From Auanema rhodensis (taxonomy: Eukaryota; Animalia; Nematoda): a stretch of DNA of 64,000 nucleotides. The position numbers were made by a program, and so were the translations under genes. Positions 60,628-64,000 of this stretch are shown here, in pieces (position 1 is the stretch's first letter; every line of letters starts with the position of its first letter). The stretch lies in the NCBI GenBank assembly GCA_964057225.1, contig OZ059899.1, positions 15,996,001 to 16,060,000 of the forward strand, in the 5' to 3' direction. Under the pieces are notes generated by a model. That model did not search any database and was not told the origin of the DNA. It was given only the letters and a program-made list of their open reading frames with translations.

Positions 60628-63600
60628 TTCAGTCGTATGTTATATTTCAATTTGATTTTCGCAAAAGGGTAAAAACAATTTTAGCTACGTTGGAATGTCA
60701 AAAAATATCTGATGAGAGTGGGATTCGAACCCACGCCTCCGAAGAGACTGGTGCCTTAAACCAGCGCCTTAGACCGCTCGGCCATCTCACCTTGATGTGA
60801 CTATTTCAGTCGTATGTTATATTTCAATTTGATCATCGCAATAGGGTAAAAACAATTTTAGCTACGTTGGAATGTCAAAAAATATCTGATGAGAGTGGGA
60901 TTCGAACCCACGCCTCCGAAGAGACTGGTGCCTTAAACCAGCGCCTTAGACCGCTCGGCCATCTCACCTTGATGTGACTATTTCAGTCGTATGTTATATT
61001 TCAATTTGATCATCGCAATAGGGTAAAAACAATTTTAGCTACGTTGGAATGTCAAAAAATATCTGATGAGAGTGGGATTCAAACCCACGCCTCCGAAGAG
61101 ACTGGTGCCTTAAACCAGCGCCTTAGACTGCTCGGCCATCTCACCTTGATGTGACTATTTCAGTCGTATGTTATATTTCAATTTGATCATCGCAGTAGGG
61201 TAAAAACAATTTTAGCTACGTTGGAATGTCAAAAAATATCTGATGAGAGTGGGATTCGATCCCACGCCTCCGAAGAGACTGGTGCCTTAAACCAGCGCCT
61301 TAGACCGCTCGGCCATCTCACCTTGATGTGACTATTTCAGTCGTATGTTATATTTGAATTTGATCATCGCAGTAGGGTAAAAACAATGTTAGCAACGTTG
61401 GAATGCCAAAAAATATCTGATGAGAGTGGGATTCGAACCCACGCCTCCGAAGAGACTGGTGCCTTAAACCAGCGCCTTAGACCGCTCGGCCATCTCACCT
61501 TGATGTGACTATTTCAGTCGTATGTTATATTCGAATTTGATCATCGCAGTAGGGTAAAAACAATTTTAGCTACGTTGGAATGTCAAAAAATATCTGATGA
61601 GAGTGGGATTCGAACCCACGCCTCCGAAGAGACTGGTGCCTTAAACCAGCGCCTTAGACCGCTCGGCCATCTCACCTTGATGTGACTATTTCAGTCGTAT
61701 GTTATATTTCAATTTGATCATCGCAATAGGGTAAAAACAATTTTAGCTACGTTGGAATGTCAAAAAATATCTGATGAGAGTGGGATTCAAACCCACGCCT
61801 CCGAAGAGACTGGTGCCTTAAACCAGCGCCTTAGACTGCTCGGCCATCTCACCTTGATGTGACTATTTCAGTCGTATGTTATATTTCAATTTGATCATCG
61901 CAATAGGGTAAAAACAATTTTAGCTACGTTGGAATGTCAAAAAATATCTGATGAGAGTGGGATTCGAACCCACGCCTCCGAAGAGACTGGTGCCTTAAAC
62001 CAGCGCCTTAGACCGCTCGGCCATCTCACCTTGATGTGGCAGTTTCAGTCGTATGTTATATTATAATTTGATCATCGCAGTAGGGTAAAAACAATTTTAG
62101 CTACGTTGGAATGTCAAAAAATATCTGATGAGAGTGGGATTCGAACCCACGCCTCCGAAGAGACTGGTGCCTAAAACCAGCGCCTTAGACCGCTCGGCCA
62201 TCTCACCATGATGTGACTATTTCAGTCGTATGTTATATTTCAATTTGATCATCGCAATAGGGTAAAAACAATTTTAGCTACGTTGGAATGTCAAAAAATA
62301 TCTGATGAGAGTGGGATTCGAACCCACGCCTCCGAAGAGACTGGTGCCTTAAACCAGCGCCTTAGACCGCTCGGCCATCTCACCTTGATGTGGCAGTTTC
62401 AGTCGTATGTTATATTATAATTTGATCATCGCAGTAGGGTAAAAACAATTTTAGCTACGTTGGAATGTCAAAAAATATCTGATGAGAGTGGGATTCGAAC
62501 CCACGCCTCCGAAGAGACTGGTGCCTTAAACCAGCGCCTTAGACCGCTCGGCCATCACACCTTGATGTGACTATTTCAGTCGTATGTTATATTTCAATTT
62601 GATCATCGCAATAGGGTAAAAACAATTTTAGCTACGTTGGAATGTCAAAAAATATCTGATGAGAGTGGGATTCGAACCCACGCCTCCGAAGAGACTGGTG
62701 CCTTAAACCAGCGCCTTAGACCGCTCGGCCATCTCACCTTGATGTGGCATTTTCAGTCGTATGTTATATTTCAATTTGATCTTCGCAGTAGGGTAAAAAC
62801 AATTTTAGCTACGTTGGAATGTCAAAAAATATCTGATGAGAGTGGGATTCGAACCCACGCCTCCGAAGAGACTGGTGCCTAAAACCAGCGCCTTAGACCG
62901 CTCGGCCATCTCACCTTGATGTGACTATTTCATGTCGTATGTTATATTCGAATTTGATCATCGCAGTAGGGTAAAAACAATTTTAGCTACGTTGGAATGT
63001 CAAAAAATATCTGATGAGAGTGGGATTCGAACCCACGCCTCCGAAGAGACTGGTGCCTAAAACCAGCGCCTTAGACCGCTCGGCCATCTCACCTTGATGT
63101 GACTATTTCAGTCGTATGTTATATTTCAATTTGATCATCGCAATAGGGTAAAAACAATTTTAGCTAAGTTGAAATGTCAAAAAATATCTGATGAGAGTGG
63201 GATTCGAACCCACGCCTCCGAAGAGACTGGTGCCTTAAACCAGCGCCTTAGACCGCTCGGCCATCTCACCTTGATGTGACTATTTCAGTCGTATGTTATA
63301 TTCGAATTTGATTATCGTAGTAGGGTAAAAACAATTTTAGCTACGTTGGAATGTCAAAAAATATCTGATGAGAGTGGGATTCGATCCCACGCCTCCGAAG
63401 AGACTGGTGCCTTAAACCAGCGCCTTAGACCGCTCGGCCATCTCACCTTGATGTGACTATTTCAGTCGTATGTTATATTCGAATTTGATCATCGCAGTAG
63501 GGTAAAAACAATTTTAGCTAAGTTGAAATGTCAAAAAATATCTGATGAGAGTGGGATTCGAACCCACGCCTCCGAAGAGACTGGTGCCTTAAACCAGCGC

Positions 63601-64000
63601 CTTAGACCGCTCGGCCATCTCACCTTGATATGACTATTTCAGTCGTATGTTATATTCGAATTTGATCATCGCAGTAGGGTAAAAACAATTTTAGCTACGT
63701 TGGAATGTCAAAAAATATCTGATGAGAGTGGGATTCGAACCCACGCCTCCGAAGAGACTGGTGCCTAAAACCAACGCCTTAGACCGCTCGGCCATCTCAC
63801 CTTGATGTGACTATTTCAGTCGTATGTTATATTTGAATTTGATCATAACAGTAGGGTAAAAACAATTTTAGCTACGTTGGAATGTCAAAAAATATCTGAT
63901 GAGAGTGGGATTCGAACCCACGCCTCCGAAGAGACTGGTGCCTTAAACCAGCGCCTTAGACCGCTCGGCCATCTCACCTTGATGTGGCATTTTCAGTCCT
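60628..64000 (-). tRNA. tRNA-Leu array block 10, about 19 genes, mostly AAG
   Basis: Same unit, running to the window edge. Confidence 0.97.

Noticed and set aside
1068-62882. Dozens of 'MECQKISDESGIRTHASEETGA...' and 'MAERSKALVLG...' ORFs
   Set aside because: They are translations of the tRNA repeat (177 bp = 59 codons). Most start at TTG, and their length depends only on anticodon and spacer SNPs.
829-64000. tRNA-derived SINE interpretation
   Set aside because: No poly(A) or tail and no per-copy TSDs. The cloverleaf is complete and the copies form a head-to-tail tandem.

Overview
Eukaryotic, most likely nematode (rhabditid-type) genomic DNA. The window is dominated by a 177-bp tandem array in which every monomer holds one intron-less 82-nt tRNA-Leu gene, about 225 copies by coordinate arithmetic. 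AAG and TAG anticodons are interleaved on an otherwise near-identical gene body, and one copy carries TAA. The array switches strand several times, giving palindrome-like arms, and shows higher-order duplications of about 4.8 kb and 7.3 kb. Three kinds of element interrupt it. (1) A rearranged BEL/Pao (belpaovirus-like) LTR retroelement: 5' LTR, tRNA-Gly PBS, frameshifted gag-pol and a truncated phlebovirus-Gc-like env at 18.0-25.4 kb; an inverted 3' end with an extra zinc-knuckle ORF at 8.0-8.8 kb; and a solo LTR at 9.0 kb. (2) Two tandem copies of a 3.57-kb non-autonomous LTR element with non-canonical CG...CG ends, a 4-bp TSD, a tRNA-Gln PBS and an antisense intron-containing orphan gene. 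(3) Five copies or fragments of a 1.9-kb insert with a 5'-truncated, spliced MULE-like transposase/SWIM gene ending in a 129-bp-arm hairpin. The many 'MECQKISDESGIRTH...' ORFs are antisense shadows of the tRNA repeat. All family assignments come from motif recognition by eye; no searches were run.
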